Assembly: GCF_009914755.1 (NCBI RefSeq)
Contig: NC_060933.1
DNA: 64,000 nt
DNA from: the human T2T-CHM13v2.0 reference genome, Homo sapiens
Direction: 5' to 3' (one strand)
In this document: positions 61,215 through 64,000 of the stretch, piece by piece
How the letters are laid out: each line of letters begins with the position of its first letter
Position numbering within the stretch: the first letter of the stretch is position 1
The notes under the pieces: generated by a model
Database searches by the model: none
Told to the model about the DNA's origin: nothing
What the model saw: only the letters and a program-made list of their open reading frames with translations
Translations under genes and position numbers: made by a program

Positions 61215-61739
61215 ATAGGTTATATGCAATACTTGCATTATCCTGTTAACTTGACATATGACAAATAGGAGATAATAAATGATAACCAAGATAAAAATTA
61301 TCCAGAGCTTTCAACGTTTATTTTATGTATGCTTAAGATGATAAAATATATAGAGCTTATTTTTGAGAAGCCCTGTAACTGCCCCAAACCCATGTGGATG
61401 TCCCAAATTGAAGGGTCTTTTAATCTTTATATAGCATGTAAACATAATTTTATTGCTGTCTCAAAGATCATAACAAGCATCCTGGGCATTTCCTAGCATC
61501 TGGTAATATGTGTCATTCCACAAGTGATGGTGAAAATACATTGAAACATTGTGATGTGTTTGATTCCAGAAATGAATGAGCATCCAGGCACTGATGATGG
61601 TGGAACACTTTTTCCTTCCAGAGAGACAATTTTTAAGAAGGACCTGAAGGTTATCATGGCATAGGGCCTCTCTGACTTCCAAATTTTACAGATCCCACTC
61701 ACTCCTCCAAATCTGCTCATTTGATTAACTTGAAATTCA

Positions 61740-62190
61740 CTAATACATTCAGTCATCAAATACCCATTAAGCACTTTCTATGTAACAGGCATTTATCTAG
61801 GCACTGGAAATTCAGACCAAGTACCCTGCCTTCAAGAAGTTTACATTTTGTTGAAGGAAAGACATAAAAATAAATAAATAAGTAAATAAATAGGTAAACA
61901 TATACACACATACACACATTTAATGTGTGATAGAAAGAATCACCATTTACAATTTAGTCCAGGCACTGGCTTCTCTGGAATGACTTCCTTGATGACCCAG
62001 GTCTGTCTTTTGTTCCATTTCTAGATACTCCCTGAGGACCCTGTACCTCCTTCCATTAAAGCAGCAATTCCATATTATTGTCAATATTTCTTTATGTTTG
62101 TCTTTGCCCAGTAGACTCCAAGAAAGCAAGGATCATATTTTCCCAATATTTTTTTCAAAATGACTAGCCCAATTCATTGGTCATGACATA
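61740..62190. mobile_element. L2 3' remnants in both orientations
   Basis: cattcagtcatcaaatacccattaagcactttctatgtaacaggc (minus) and cagtagactccaagaaagcaaggatcatat (plus). Confidence 0.5.
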
Positions 62191-62254
62191 TATGATAAAA
62201 TAGCTACAATTTACTGAGTGCTTAATAAATTCAAAATACTATTCTAAAGCCACT

Positions 62255-62821
62255 TATATCAGTTTTCTATTGTTGCATAACATATTACCGCAAACTTAGT
62301 GGCTTAAACAACACACGTTTATTATCTCATAGTTTCTGAAGGTCAAAAATCCAGGCACAGTTTAACTAGGTTTTCTGCTGAGGGTTTCACAAGGCTGCAG
62401 TCCAGGTGTCTGCAGAGATGCGTTTTTAGCTGAAGACTTGACTGGGGAACAATGTGCTTCCAAGCTCATTGACATGTTAGCAGTATTCATTTCCTTGTAG
62501 TTATATGACTTAGGGCCCTGGCTTCCTAATGCTATTAGCTGAAAGCTCCTGTAAATTACTAGAAGTTACTTACAGTTTTCTACCATGTGACTCTTTCCAT
62601 ATGCAGTTCATAACATCGCTGTTTGTTTCTTCAAAGTCAGCCAGTTATTGTCTCTAGTGTGCTAAGGGAAAATCATATAAAGGAAAGTAGTCATTTCCCA
62701 TCATCTTTGCCATATCCTATTGGTTAGCAACGTAGGAGAAGTTCCACCTATACTCATGGGGAGGGGATTTCATAAGGGCATGATGCACTGGGGGCTGTCT
62801 GAGAATTATCCTGCCATACCA
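62255..62821 (-). mobile_element. MLT1 (D/E/F-like) LTR inserted in a MIR
   Basis: cagttttctattgttgcataacatattaccgcaaacttagtggcttaaacaacac; MIR text on both sides (ttactgagtgctt / ctcattaaatcctcacaactctgtaagg). Confidence 0.72.
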
Positions 62822-64000
62822 TGTGTTGTCTCATTAAATCCTCACAACTCTGTAAGGCATGTGCTATCATTATTAAGTTAATGAAGCCTAGGACATCAGC
62901 TAGTAGAAAGCCAAGTCAAATACATGTTCACCAAATTTATAAGTGAAGTAGAAAAAAAATAAATGAATGCATTAATGTTGGTTCAGCTTTTCCCATTACA
63001 AGCAATATGAAATGCACCTGTGTAATTAATAAAAATCTACTCATCACAGCATGCTGCTTAAACTAAGAATCTGAGAAAAGATCAAGTTCTTGTGTCTCAT
63101 ATGCCTATTTGGTGGGATAGAAGTGGGAATTTCCTGAGCTATTTAACTCACTTTATTTCACTTCACCTTGATTGTGTGTGTGTGTTTATATATTCAATTC
63201 CAATAACTTAAAATTGTTTGTGCTATTAATCCATTGTAAAGTCATTAGAAATAATTTGATGATATTATATCATGTTACATTATTTTGATAGACTGATTTG
63301 TTTATGCATTCATTCATTCATTGTATACCTTCACTAATAAGAATATTACTTCTCTGAGAGCTGGACCTATTTGTTTTAAACACTATTGTGTCCTGAGAGC
63401 CTATCAAATAGTTGGCACTTAGCAGGCACTCAAAAAATAACTTTGAATGACTTCACTGAATCAAATAAAATAACATATTAAAACAATAATTTAAAATTTA
63501 TTGTCATTTTTCTTTTGTTCAAACATTGTTGTTGCTACTGTTTGCTCTTTGTATTTAAAATCCAAACTGCATCTAGAATAAATTAGTGGAATTAATTATC
63601 AAGCTTCATTTGGCTTTAATGCACAATCAAACAAAATGTATTTTGAATTTTTTCTGTTGTTTAAACATCACCAGCATTTAATTAAATTTCAAGTAGCTAA
63701 TGTGGGAAGGAATGAATTGCTTTGCCAAAACATAATCCATATAGATTTAAAGAAAAGTTGTGTTTTCCCATGTGGGCTTAACTCAGAAGGTCTAACTTAT
63801 AAAGTGTTCCTCTGATCTCTGAAGACATACTCATTTTTATGATGTATTTCATATAATCAAACTAACTAAATGATTTTGGAAACAAGATTCCAACAGCATT
63901 TTTTTCTGTCTCTTCCACTTTCAGCTAGAAAATATCCAAATCATTTATCTTGAGGTAGATCTCTCTTGTAGCTTATAGCAGTAAACTCATGGCTAACATA

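Overview
AT-rich primate (hominoid, human-like) non-coding DNA, intergenic or deep intronic, and dense with interspersed repeats. I recognise no cellular protein-coding gene, tRNA, rRNA or CRISPR array. Every convincing ORF is L1-derived. Main contents: a two-LTR THE1 (MaLR) element at the start; three solo LTR1/LTR28-family ERV1 LTRs and a MER66-like LTR, all on +; a full-length but ORF1/ORF2-dead L1PA3-type element (25950-32129, minus, 13-bp TSD) inserted into an older L1MA; several truncated L1s; Alus; Tigger DNA transposons; and MLT/MST, MIR and L2 relics. The most notable items are four. (i) The L1PA3 5'UTR keeps the ~129-bp ZNF93-target segment, has a mutated YY1 site, and carries an intact ORF0 extended to 155 aa. 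(ii) A ~600-bp TA-rich array of palindromic units holds 15 CACGTG E-boxes. (iii) An unexplained old inverted repeat brackets an AluSp. (iv) Several templated-insertion repair scars recur across the window. I cannot support a new multi-gene biological system from this sequence. Repeat subfamily names come from my recall of consensus sequences and need RepeatMasker/Dfam confirmation.
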